64,000 nt of DNA from a virus: positions 32,001 through 96,000 of the IMG/VR virus record IMGVR_UViG_3300032665_000006. The stretch is one strand, 5' to 3'. Under the pieces are notes generated by a model. The model saw only the letters and a list, made by a program, of their open reading frames with translations. It did no database searches and was not told the origin of the DNA. A program made the translations under genes and the position numbers. Positions 50,498-58,573 of this stretch are shown here, one piece after another (position 1 is the first letter of the stretch; every line of letters starts with the position of its first letter).

Positions 50498-50736
50498 TTA
50501 CTTTACAAGGAATTCGGTAACCATTGGAAAGATTGATTCCAAGGCAGCGGCACAGGCTTGTGCTACTTCTCTATGTTCCTTTTGAGTCTCTGGGCCAGAG
50601 CGTAATTCAATATGTTGTTTTGGTTAGCAGGATTGCTAACACGAGCGCAGTAAGCAACTAGCTCTTGAGCATTTACAATGCCTTGTTCTGCTAGTTCCTT
50701 ACTTGGCTGTGACGATGATACTAATGAGACTTTCAA
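50498..50736 (-). pseudogene. thyX: Flavin-dependent thymidylate synthase ThyX remnant with large internal deletion and frameshift
   Basis: TTG start gives MKVSLVSSSQ...ELVAYCARVSNPANQNN, joined out of frame at ~50613 to IELRSGPETQKEHREVAQAC...IFPMVTEFLVK*. These are ThyX N- and C-termini; the RHRx7S core is absent. Confidence 0.75.
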
Positions 50737-51035
50737 AGTTTTCCTAATAACTTATCTGTTTCGGGCTGAACTAAGGCAGCCACGCTTTTAATATCAACAA
50801 CAAAGTCTACGTCTTTAATATCAGAGTCCATTTCAGAAAATGTTCTGGAAACTAATGACTCGATATCTTCAATTTGTAAACCTTGTTTGATAAGTGTATG
50901 TAAGTTAATTGTGCGTTGCTTACCATCATTTAACTTAATTACAATCTTTTTAATACATTCCAGTGGTACATCTGTTTTGTTTACTTCTTTAACAATAATT
51001 TCCCACTGGTCCAATAACTCATCAATTGGATGCAT
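50733..51035 (-). CDS. Hypothetical protein (100 aa)
   Basis: Coupled ORF ('WEIIVKEVNKTDVPLECIKK'). Confidence 0.6.
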   Translation of the reverse strand: MHPIDELLDQWEIIVKEVNKTDVPLECIKKIVIKLNDGKQRTINLHTLIKQGLQIEDIESLVSRTFSEMDSDIKDVDFVVDIKSVAALVQPETDKLLGKL

Positions 51036-51774
51036 CGCTCACCGCGGCTTCTGCTTTAGGTGGACGGCCACGACGCTTAGGAGCTTCGGCTTGTGGAGGA
51101 GTCCAGGTAGCTTCACCTAAATTCACACCAGGAGTCATACGCTCGGCATCTTTTTTCATACGAGCAGCTTCGGCGATCATAGAATTAGCTTCTACTTCCA
51201 TGCGTTTGGCTTGTGCTAGCATATTAGCAGCGATTTGACGGTCACTTAAAACGCCATCTTGTGGGGCATTAAGATTGTTTGGCTCAACAAAGCGTGACTC
51301 TGCGGCTTGCTGTTTAGCAAGTTGTTCTTCTTTGTATTGAGCTTCGGCAGCACGTTTAACACTTGGATCAACCATACCTCGTGAGGCATCATTTTGTTCC
51401 ATTTTCTTACGAGCTTCGTCGCCTTTATTCATTTCGTTAACCATTTTGTTAAGTTCATCTAAACGAATAGTTGCGCCAGTTGCCGGGGTCATAATAACAT
51501 CAGCAGTACGAATCTTTTTAATCATACGCTCGTTGTGTAATGTTTCGAGAATAGGACGACCATCTGGAAGCATAGAACGATGTAAAGCATCGGCTAACTG
51601 ATTAGCTTGCTGACCTACATCGCTTTCTACTACACGCTGGATAGCATCTTGCCAAGAAGCATTAAGAATCTCGGGATAGATGACCAAGCACATATGATCT
51701 TCTTGTGGTACTTCGCGATACAATACTAAGACTTTGCGGTCTCCATTTTTTCCTACGTGTTTAATCTGTGCCAT
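51022..51774 (-). CDS. Hypothetical coiled-coil protein with C-terminal AT-hook-like motif
   Basis: Start MAQIKHVG with GGAGG SD; ends ...KRRGRPPK. Confidence 0.65.
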   Translation of the reverse strand: MAQIKHVGKNGDRKVLVLYREVPQEDHMCLVIYPEILNASWQDAIQRVVESDVGQQANQLADALHRSMLPDGRPILETLHNERMIKKIRTADVIMTPATGATIRLDELNKMVNEMNKGDEARKKMEQNDASRGMVDPSVKRAAEAQYKEEQLAKQQAAESRFVEPNNLNAPQDGVLSDRQIAANMLAQAKRMEVEANSMIAEAARMKKDAERMTPGVNLGEATWTPPQAEAPKRRGRPPKAEAAVSDASN

Positions 51775-51775
51775 G

Positions 51776-52024
51776 TTATCCTCCTTGGACGCTATCAGAC
51801 GATGCTGCGGTTGTATCTTCATCAGCAGTACCGTCGGCTTCGGCAGCTTCTTGTGCTGCTTTAGCTTTTGCTACTACTGAATTTAGAAAAGCTGTGAGCT
51901 TGTCATAGACAGCTCCAACTTGTGTTAGTTCGGCTCCCTGGAATGCTCCGCGAGATGCCGCGAGATCTAAAATGTTGCGTACAGCATCTAGATCCGCTAC
52001 TGTGATTTGATTTGTATTTTCCAT
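51776..52024 (-). CDS. Hypothetical protein (MENTNQITVADL...)
   Basis: ATG 5 nt after TAAATA (52030-52035). Confidence 0.6.
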   Translation of the reverse strand: MENTNQITVADLDAVRNILDLAASRGAFQGAELTQVGAVYDKLTAFLNSVVAKAKAAQEAAEADGTADEDTTAASSDSVQGG

Positions 52025-52060
52025 ATAGATATTTAATAAAGATCCGCACCCACAAAAAAT

Positions 52061-52086
52061 AAAATGCCCCATTTATAGGGCATTTT
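52061..52086 (-). terminator. Probable intrinsic terminator
   Basis: AAAATGCCC-N8-GGGCATTTT inverted repeat with a T-rich run on the minus strand. Confidence 0.65.
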
Positions 52087-52106
52087 GGTAAAACTGAGAA
52101 GTGTTT

Positions 52107-52271
52107 TTACTTGTTTAACGCTAAGTTTAACCAAATTATTCCACCACTAACTAAGGCATTGAGATAATCTCCGCGGCCAAGACATTCAACAACATTAAGG
52201 CTTAACCAACCAATAACAAACCATGTAATTTTAGTTTGATTTACTAGATACCAAAATTTAAATTTTTCCAT
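52107..52271 (-). CDS. 54-aa membrane protein (not in the track)
   Basis: MEKFKFWY...ITWFVIGWL..., two hydrophobic segments; fills the gap between genes. Confidence 0.55.
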   Translation of the reverse strand: MEKFKFWYLVNQTKITWFVIGWLSLNVVECLGRGDYLNALVSGGIIWLNLALNK

Positions 52272-52273
52272 AA

Positions 52274-52774
52274 TTAATCCAGTGGGAAAGGTGAAACAAT
52301 AATGCGAGGCTCAATATACAATGGAGCTGCTTTTTTAGTCTTAGGATTTACACACAATACCCAAGTACCTTCTGCTGACGCAGGGCTATACAATCCATTC
52401 GGATCTGCTTGCGGTATAGCAGCAACGCCATGGGCGTAATCGCTAATACGCTGTGGGTTAGTATATTGTGTAGCATAAGGTAATCCAAACCCAACAGAGT
52501 CACATAGTTTATGACGATTGCCATTTAAGTCTACAATGTAAGTAGTAGTTGGCGTATTTTGATCACGCAACTCGATGATGTCTTTCATCATACGCTTTTC
52601 TGCAAAGTTAGTAATAGCAGGGAAGCCAACTGACTCCACACCTTGTTTGCTTAATTCTTCTTGTTTACGACGCTCAATCTGTGTTGAGGTTGGATTATCA
52701 TCGCAAGCTGTTAGCAAACATGACAAACCTAAAATGGCAATAAATGGTGCTACTGTAAAGATTTTATTTTTCAT
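52274..52774 (-). CDS. Lipoprotein (166 aa)
   Basis: Signal peptide with LTAC lipobox; 'GLPYATQYTNP...PQADPNGLYSP'. Confidence 0.7.
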   Translation of the reverse strand: MKNKIFTVAPFIAILGLSCLLTACDDNPTSTQIERRKQEELSKQGVESVGFPAITNFAEKRMMKDIIELRDQNTPTTTYIVDLNGNRHKLCDSVGFGLPYATQYTNPQRISDYAHGVAAIPQADPNGLYSPASAEGTWVLCVNPKTKKAAPLYIEPRIIVSPFPLD

Positions 52775-53112
52775 TATTGTTTTCCTGATCTTAAATCGTT
52801 ATAAAAGTTACGCAAATTTGGCGGCATCTTATCTTCTGGATACACACTAAAGCGATGTAATACAATGGCACGAACAGCATCTTTATGTTCTTTATCTGCG
52901 TTAACATATTCCAACTGTAAGTTTTCCAAATCACGAATCATACCATCGTTGTACTGTTCAGATTGTTTGAACACTTGATTATCCACAGCGCGATATTTAG
53001 GCGCAAAGAATTTATATGACTCGTACCCGCCATAACTTAATCCAAAAACTACCAATACAAATAATACAATGCCAATAATACTTGAAAATACTAATTCAAA
53101 AAAATCCTTCAT
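52774..53112 (-). CDS. Single-pass membrane protein
   Basis: N-terminal TM helix followed by a helical domain; start at the ATGA overlap (53112). Confidence 0.6.
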   Translation of the reverse strand: MKDFFELVFSSIIGIVLFVLVVFGLSYGGYESYKFFAPKYRAVDNQVFKQSEQYNDGMIRDLENLQLEYVNADKEHKDAVRAIVLHRFSVYPEDKMPPNLRNFYNDLRSGKQ

Positions 53113-53270
53113 TCTGTTTCCTTTCTTCCTTCCTTCCAACTAGCACCAAAGCATATTGCTAGTACAAATAACCACCCGCTACCATCTTTATAATAATAAA
53201 GATAACTTGCGCCACCTAATAACGCAAGATTATACAATGCTACAATTAAAAATTCCAAAGTTCTGTTCAT
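53109..53270 (-). CDS. 53-aa membrane protein (not in the track)
   Basis: MNRTLEFLIVALYNLALLGG...; overlap-coupled on both sides. Confidence 0.55.
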   Translation of the reverse strand: MNRTLEFLIVALYNLALLGGASYLYYYKDGSGWLFVLAICFGASWKEGRKETE

Positions 53271-53719
53271 TAAAATGGTGCCTCTTCATCTTCTTCTTTG
53301 TTGCCAAACTTCAATAAGTCCCATATTTTTTTCTGTTCTTCTTTTTTCTGTTTAGCTTCATCCTCTCGGCGTCTGCGTTCAACATATTTTTCAATTGCTG
53401 CCTTGCGTTTTTTATCGTTAGTTAATCCAATAGCATCGTCTGTAATATAAACAAACTCCATACCTTGTAAAAAGTATCTAGCTTCTTCGATGGTACCAGT
53501 AAACACAGCCGCATTTCGCGACCAGCAAGGATGATGATTATCTACAGGAGTTAAACTAATATTATCGCCCGACATTTCGTCAATCCATGTACCTGTCCAA
53601 GACGCTGTAGAATGAGAATACGCTGTAGTATGATTCTCTGGTTCGCGAATCTTTAGCCCTAATTTAGCGGCTAATTCTTCTAAGCGTCGAATACGCTCTA
53701 TGGTTGCCCAGCCAGTCAT
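53270..53719 (-). CDS. Hypothetical protein
   Basis: Start MTGWAT at an ATGA overlap with an AAGGA SD. Confidence 0.55.
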   Translation of the reverse strand: MTGWATIERIRRLEELAAKLGLKIREPENHTTAYSHSTASWTGTWIDEMSGDNISLTPVDNHHPCWSRNAAVFTGTIEEARYFLQGMEFVYITDDAIGLTNDKKRKAAIEKYVERRRREDEAKQKKEEQKKIWDLLKFGNKEEDEEAPF

Positions 53720-53961
53720 TGTTTTTCCTTTAACATATCCCACATTAATGTAGGATCAGTTTTTGGCACAACTGCTATAGCCTTAACCCACCCTTTTTCA
53801 ACAGCCCAGACAATATTATCAGCAATATGCTTTGGGCAACGGTCTGTAACTTCGATGCTAGCACGATTAGCTAAAGTATAAGGGCCGTTTAGTTGAAAAC
53901 TAGGATCACCTTTGCGTAAGGTTACCCAAGGAGTGTCACCGACAGTAAAGTTTATGGACAT
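53716..53961 (-). CDS. Hypothetical protein (81 aa)
   Basis: Coupled ORF. Confidence 0.55.
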   Translation of the reverse strand: MSINFTVGDTPWVTLRKGDPSFQLNGPYTLANRASIEVTDRCPKHIADNIVWAVEKGWVKAIAVVPKTDPTLMWDMLKEKQ

Positions 53962-54113
53962 AGTTTTACAATCTCTTCAGCACTACGACCAGTCTTGACC
54001 AACTCTAATCTACATTCTTTAGAACTTTTCATTGCTAGGCCACCCCCTACCATCATAGCAACGATAACAAAACCGATGCCTAGGAATAACCATTTTTCAA
54101 ACTGTGTAATCAT
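53952..54113 (-). CDS. 53-aa protein with N-terminal TM and two Cys (not in the track)
   Basis: MITQFEKWLFLGIGFVIVAMMVGGGL...C...C; AAGGA SD. Confidence 0.5.
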   Translation of the reverse strand: MITQFEKWLFLGIGFVIVAMMVGGGLAMKSSKECRLELVKTGRSAEEIVKLCP

Positions 54114-54289
54114 TGATTAGTTTCCTTGGGAGACAACCATACAGTAATATCAAATATTTTTAGTCCAATATACCAAGCACCTAGAACTTGTAACACAGTT
54201 TCGGTCGTTTCTTTGTAGTTAAACAAACAACCCCAATAAACAATGGTCAATCCTGCGCCTAATAAGATTCTTTTGGTCATATAATTCAT
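54110..54289 (-). CDS. 59-aa membrane protein (not in the track)
   Basis: MNYMTKRILLGAGLTIVYWG...; TAATG and ATGA overlaps. Confidence 0.5.
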   Translation of the reverse strand: MNYMTKRILLGAGLTIVYWGCLFNYKETTETVLQVLGAWYIGLKIFDITVWLSPKETNQ

Positions 54290-55575
54290 TAGTGACTCTT
54301 TTCTTCTTCGTAATAAGCATATTGGCCAAATGGCGGAACAATACTAGTAGTACCATGCATAATGAACACAGTATCACAGTACAACTCATCGCCCCAACTA
54401 CCGCATGGATATCCGTCTGTAAACATAATATGACGCTTAGGTTGGATATCATTTGCTTTAAAATAATCAAATACACAGTCAAAGTCTGTACCGCCGCCGC
54501 CTTGTACTTCGTAATCGCAGATAGTATCCAAGTTATCACTATCATACTGCTGTGGATTGTAAGTGTTAGTATCAAAAGTTACAATATGAATCTTGTATGC
54601 TGGAAAGGTATCCATAATACCTTGTACTTCTGCTAAGAAGTCTTTAAGCATCTTTTCGCAAATAGATCCTGATGCGTCAATGCTAATAGCAATATCAATC
54701 ATAGGATCCAATTGCATACCTGGCATAACAGCATCCATATGCCAACCCCTGCGACTTGCTCGCATCCAAGTAAAGTCAGACTTAATGGTAGATTCAAGTT
54801 GCATACGCAACAATTCACGCCAGTCCATTTTAGGAGCTGTCATATCTTGAATCATACGGCGTATGCCTGCTGGCAAGTTACCAGCACCGTCTGATGCGGC
54901 CGCGGCCGCTAGTACAGCTTCTTTAATCTCATCACGAATTTGATCTCTTTCAGATTGCGACAATTTGGGACGACCTTTACCTGGTTGATCACCATTGCCA
55001 CTACCACCTTCGCCGTCATCTTCGCCATCCAAATGGTCATCGAGCAATTTGTCGATGAGATCTTCCATGTTAATCTTTTCAGCATTTTCGTACAAGATAT
55101 CGTAGACTTGTTCGTAGCTCATACCGTCGTATTTTGGATCATATAAACAAGGAACGGTAGTAATCTTTTCACCCACACGATGTTTAATCAAGTCCTGATT
55201 AACGCAATAGTCCGCGGCAATGTTAGATAATGTTGGGTCTCGGTCGCCTCGTCTACCCATGTGGTCGTAAACACAATGTAATACTTCGTGTCCAAATAAG
55301 AATTCAATTTCTTTTGGACGAAGCATTTCAATAAAGCGAGAATTGTAGTAAAAATTACGACCATCTGTGGCGGCTGTAGTACACCACTCGTCGGCATTGA
55401 TTAACTTTAAACGAGTAGCTAAATTACCAAAGAAGCTAGCACGAAGCAATAAACCCACACGGGCAGTAATCAATTTTTCGCGAACTATAGCATCTAACTT
55501 AGGGTCCATTGGACCTAGCAAGTCTTTGTACTTGTCTTTTTCTTTAGTGTTTGCTGTAGTACCTGCTGTAGACAT
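54289..55575 (-). CDS. Metallopeptidase-like (HExxH) plus vWA domain protein (DUF2201-type)
   Basis: TAATDG...GHEVLH...NIAAD; MIDAS DASGS, GGGGTDF, FTDG. Confidence 0.85.
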   Translation of the reverse strand: MSTAGTTANTKEKDKYKDLLGPMDPKLDAIVREKLITARVGLLLRASFFGNLATRLKLINADEWCTTAATDGRNFYYNSRFIEMLRPKEIEFLFGHEVLHCVYDHMGRRGDRDPTLSNIAADYCVNQDLIKHRVGEKITTVPCLYDPKYDGMSYEQVYDILYENAEKINMEDLIDKLLDDHLDGEDDGEGGSGNGDQPGKGRPKLSQSERDQIRDEIKEAVLAAAAASDGAGNLPAGIRRMIQDMTAPKMDWRELLRMQLESTIKSDFTWMRASRRGWHMDAVMPGMQLDPMIDIAISIDASGSICEKMLKDFLAEVQGIMDTFPAYKIHIVTFDTNTYNPQQYDSDNLDTICDYEVQGGGGTDFDCVFDYFKANDIQPKRHIMFTDGYPCGSWGDELYCDTVFIMHGTTSIVPPFGQYAYYEEEKSH

Positions 55576-55604
55576 TCTGTATCCTTTTTATTAACTATAC
55601 TACT

Positions 55605-55633
55605 ATTATACAATTATATGAATTCTTTGTCAA
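55605..55633 (-). promoter_or_regulatory. Consensus sigma70 promoter TTGACA-17-TATAAT
   Basis: Perfect consensus upstream of the vWA gene. Confidence 0.85.
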
Positions 55634-55935
55634 CCAGTGTATTTTAGGGTAAAAAGTGCTAGTTCTGCGTCGGATTTGAAGTATAATCGCATTTCATTGT
55701 GTTCCGTGTGCCATGCCCACGAATTCAGTGTTTCTAAGCCCTTTTCACCCACACCTAATGTAATCCACTTACGTTCTACTCCAGGGCCAAAGGTATCCCA
55801 ACACCAGTTACGATACTCCATAAATTTTGCTACTCTGTTTTCGCTACCCCAAATATCAAGTGTGATTTCGACATGATACTTCATAATATTATAGCAAGTA
55901 TGTCTTCGATCTAATTTGGTGACTTTATAATTCAT
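55630..55935 (-). CDS. Small protein, FxL[KR][WY] family
   Basis: Ends LYFKSDAELALFTLKYTG. Confidence 0.65.
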   Translation of the reverse strand: MNYKVTKLDRRHTCYNIMKYHVEITLDIWGSENRVAKFMEYRNWCWDTFGPGVERKWITLGVGEKGLETLNSWAWHTEHNEMRLYFKSDAELALFTLKYTG

Positions 55936-55940
55936 ACTAC

Positions 55941-55969
55941 AGTATAATACAGATTGATTTTATTGTCAA
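55941..55969 (-). promoter_or_regulatory. Sigma70 promoter TTGACA-17-TATACT
   Basis: The -10 element ends 5 nt before the ATG at 55935. Confidence 0.7.
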
Positions 55970-56160
55970 TAACGAATCATTCTTATTGTAAATTCGAACT
56001 GGTCAATAATTACTAAAGTGTTTCGTAGGGTATAATATTGATAATAAGTGGTTAGCCAAACGATACCGCCGCTAGTTGTTCTTACAGGCGGCCACGCATA
56101 TTTTATAGTATAAATGGTACCGTTAAGTTTAAATGAGCTGTTCATTCTCCGTTTGGACAT
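55966..56160 (-). CDS. Hypothetical protein (64 aa)
   Basis: 'KYAWPPVRT.SG..VWL..Y'; start uncertain. Confidence 0.5.
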   Translation of the reverse strand: MSKRRMNSSFKLNGTIYTIKYAWPPVRTTSGGIVWLTTYYQYYTLRNTLVIIDQFEFTIRMIRY

Positions 56161-56425
56161 TTATATATTTAAGTACAAACCAAGATAATGCTGATTCGTT
56201 ATAAAAATCCAAGTGAATTTGATCTGAATAGCTGAATCTAGTTGAATCTTCGTACCAAGGGACTAATGCTTTATGATGTCTAACTGTAAAACCAAGTTCT
56301 CTTTTAAGGCGCCAAGAAATAGCAAAAATATGCTCACCAAAATCTTTTTTAATTTGATCCCGAACATAGGACCAATCGTATGGCTCTTCAAATATTATTA
56401 AGTTAGGTTTAATTTGAATTTTCAT
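56129..56425 (-). CDS. Small protein, FxL[KR][WY] family
   Basis: LDFYNESALSWFVLKY. Confidence 0.65.
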   Translation of the reverse strand: MKIQIKPNLIIFEEPYDWSYVRDQIKKDFGEHIFAISWRLKRELGFTVRHHKALVPWYEDSTRFSYSDQIHLDFYNESALSWFVLKYINVQTENEQLI

Positions 56426-56631
56426 TCTCTACCCTCTAACTGATCTAATGTTCGTTTGGCGTGCCAACCCATACGGCCTTCTACATCCATTCGTCTAATA
56501 TCATCTAATGCTGTACGCATAATTTCGTTTTCTTCTTCTAACTTATAAACACGGTTGCGTAGGTTGCTGGCATCTGCCCATGACATAATCATAGATACTA
56601 ACTTAGCAAATAACGCACTCCAATCTATCAT
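56422..56631 (-). CDS. Small coiled-coil protein
   Basis: 'LRNRVYKLEEENEIMRTALDDI'; ATGA-coupled. Confidence 0.55.
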   Translation of the reverse strand: MIDWSALFAKLVSMIMSWADASNLRNRVYKLEEENEIMRTALDDIRRMDVEGRMGWHAKRTLDQLEGRE

Positions 56632-56945
56632 TTTCCTTGATGTTTCAACATAAAAATAAGATACTTTTGTTCATCGGTAACTTCATTTTCCAAACTCATT
56701 TCTCCGTTAGGAGTTAATTTTAATTTAACACCATAGTTATCATTTAACCAAGAATAAAAATCAACTTGTGGGTGATCTGTAGTATCAAACTCCTTTTTAG
56801 CCGATACAATCTGCATCCAAATAGTTTTACTATCTCCGATAATAGTATCTATTCTTGCCGCCTGACTATTATAATATTCGTCTTTAGCTGTATCGGGTAA
56901 TTGCTGACTAAATTTTTTCAGTCTTTTTTGCCAATCGTTATTCAT
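56628..56945 (-). CDS. Small protein, FxL[KR] family
   Basis: EVTDEQKYLIFMLKH. Confidence 0.6.
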   Translation of the reverse strand: MNNDWQKRLKKFSQQLPDTAKDEYYNSQAARIDTIIGDSKTIWMQIVSAKKEFDTTDHPQVDFYSWLNDNYGVKLKLTPNGEMSLENEVTDEQKYLIFMLKHQGK

Positions 56946-57330
56946 CTTTGGGCCATGGACTCGGCGTCCACCCTAATTTTAATAAATCTTCGGCTACTTC
57001 TTCAGTAACAGTTCCTTCCGGTACATACTGCTTTATAGCCATTTGCTGTTCATCTTCTAAGTAGTCATAAGATGCTACACCGCCTATTCCTGAACAGTAC
57101 CAATCCATATAATCTTCAACTGCTATATCATTACGCAACTCGGCTACAATGCCGCCGGCACTACGCCAACTACAAGTCCAGTACTCATCATTAAGTACTG
57201 GCCAAACTTCTTGTGGCTGCCAGCGCATATTACATAATGCGGCATAGATATTTTGAGCGTAACGATTCTCTTTGATTTTTTCTATGAACCAAGGAGAATT
57301 TTTCATATCGTCTTCTAAATCTCGTTCCAT
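56938..57330 (-). CDS. Hypothetical protein
   Basis: 'YAQNIYAALCN...CSWRSAGGIVA...YMDWYCSG...EGTVT'; start at the TAATG overlap. Confidence 0.6.
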   Translation of the reverse strand: MERDLEDDMKNSPWFIEKIKENRYAQNIYAALCNMRWQPQEVWPVLNDEYWTCSWRSAGGIVAELRNDIAVEDYMDWYCSGIGGVASYDYLEDEQQMAIKQYVPEGTVTEEVAEDLLKLGWTPSPWPKDE

Positions 57331-57539
57331 TATACCCACCGTAACATAAACATCGTGGCTTCGGAGCCGTCAATAAAATACCAAGATTGTAGTTCTCCAA
57401 CAGGAGGTGTTGTAGCCCAACGGTCATCTAAATTCTCCATACACCATTGTTGCATCTCAAAACTTTTTTCTAGTGATTCAACTTTAGTATCAATTTTATG
57501 TTGAAAGTCCCGCCAACTATAGCTGTATTCTTCGCTCAT
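57330..57539 (-). CDS. Small protein, FxL[KR][WY] family
   Basis: WYFIDGSEATMFMLRWV. Confidence 0.65.
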   Translation of the reverse strand: MSEEYSYSWRDFQHKIDTKVESLEKSFEMQQWCMENLDDRWATTPPVGELQSWYFIDGSEATMFMLRWV

Positions 57540-57781
57540 GGTCCCCAGCGCATTAAAAAGTTAATACGATCAAAGTCAGTATCAAACTGTAATACCATAC
57601 CTTGTTGATGTTCGATACCCCGCGGCAAACGCTCGTTCATCCAGTTTAGTATTTCCCGTTCGTTATCGGCCCACCAATTATAATCTACAATCATTAGTCC
57701 TGGTAAAGGACTAGCTGGGCTATTCGCTAATTGAAATCTACTTGTTTTTAATATAGCTGGGGTACCAGGGCGATTAATCAT
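57536..57781 (-). CDS. Small protein, FxL[KR][WY] family
   Basis: LQFDTDFDRINFLMRWGP. Confidence 0.65.
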   Translation of the reverse strand: MINRPGTPAILKTSRFQLANSPASPLPGLMIVDYNWWADNEREILNWMNERLPRGIEHQQGMVLQFDTDFDRINFLMRWGP

Positions 57782-58050
57782 TCTCCAAATTTCCTTGCTT
57801 TCAATTTAATCCAAGTAAATTCTTTTGGATCTACTTCACCCCAAGAAGTATTACCACGAGGAGCCTTTACTAGTGTAACTCCGTTGGCATTTTCCAGCCA
57901 AACCCTAATAGCATCTTTAAAAGCAAAATCGTGAATAGCATGATTCATACGACCGCCTTGCGCCGGACTACAATCGGTAAGCATATAATAGCCACCACCT
58001 GGACGACCTAATACACTAATATTTTCGGGAATTTCATAATAGTAATTCAT
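57778..58050 (-). CDS. Small protein, related C-terminal motif
   Basis: VDPKEFTWIKLKA. Confidence 0.6.
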   Translation of the reverse strand: MNYYYEIPENISVLGRPGGGYYMLTDCSPAQGGRMNHAIHDFAFKDAIRVWLENANGVTLVKAPRGNTSWGEVDPKEFTWIKLKARKFGE

Positions 58051-58303
58051 TATCTTCTTGTCCGTACTTTAATTTGAACCAACTTAATTCTTCATCGCCT
58101 TTTACATATATCATGTATATTTGATATACTATATGAAACGACCAATGTTCGTTATCGATTTTCTCACCGTGGGCTAAACTTTCACAAGGACCGTAAGTTT
58201 GGCTAAACCAGTTCCTAGCTTCATGAAAGTTCAACATACCGTGTACTTGTACACCATATTTGAAATTTCTCTTATCTTTGGTATTGTGTAAGTTATAATT
58301 CAT
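58034..58303 (-). CDS. Small protein, FxL[KR][WY] family
   Basis: IYVKGDEELSWFKLKYG; start at the ATGA overlap. Confidence 0.65.
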   Translation of the reverse strand: MNYNLHNTKDKRNFKYGVQVHGMLNFHEARNWFSQTYGPCESLAHGEKIDNEHWSFHIVYQIYMIYVKGDEELSWFKLKYGQEDNELLL

Positions 58304-58500
58304 TGCTGTGGCCAACGAAGTAAAAAATAAGTACGACGCTCTGGTTCTTTAATAAACAGCATAGCACCATTCATACCAACATCCTTAGGATCAGCCCCTA
58401 GCCACTCAATAATAGAGTCTCTATTCTTTTGCCACCAGTTATTATTCATAATAACACATAACTCTGGCGCATCTAGTTCGGAGCAAAATTCGTAGTTCAT
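58300..58500 (-). CDS. Small protein, FxL[KR][WY] family
   Basis: LFIKEPERRTYFLLRWP. Confidence 0.65.
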   Translation of the reverse strand: MNYEFCSELDAPELCVIMNNNWWQKNRDSIIEWLGADPKDVGMNGAMLFIKEPERRTYFLLRWPQQ

Positions 58501-58514
58501 AACTTATAAAAGGA

Positions 58515-58565
58515 AGGAGGGCGGTGCGAACACAGCCCTGTGTACAAACACTACACCACCCTCCT
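58515..58565. other. GC-rich structured element downstream of the MoxR gene
   Basis: 12-bp stem AGGAGGGCGGTG/CACCACCCTCCT enclosing an ACACA-GCCC-TGTGT hairpin. Confidence 0.6.
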
Positions 58566-58573
58566 GTTAGCTA

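Noticed and set aside
50498-50736. Intron- or intein-split thyX
   Set aside because: There is no intervening sequence; coding sequence is missing rather than interrupted.
52274-53112. Two-component spanin
   Set aside because: The topology fits loosely, but there is no adjacent endolysin/holin, the context is early-type, and the lipoprotein looks globular and larger than typical o-spanins.
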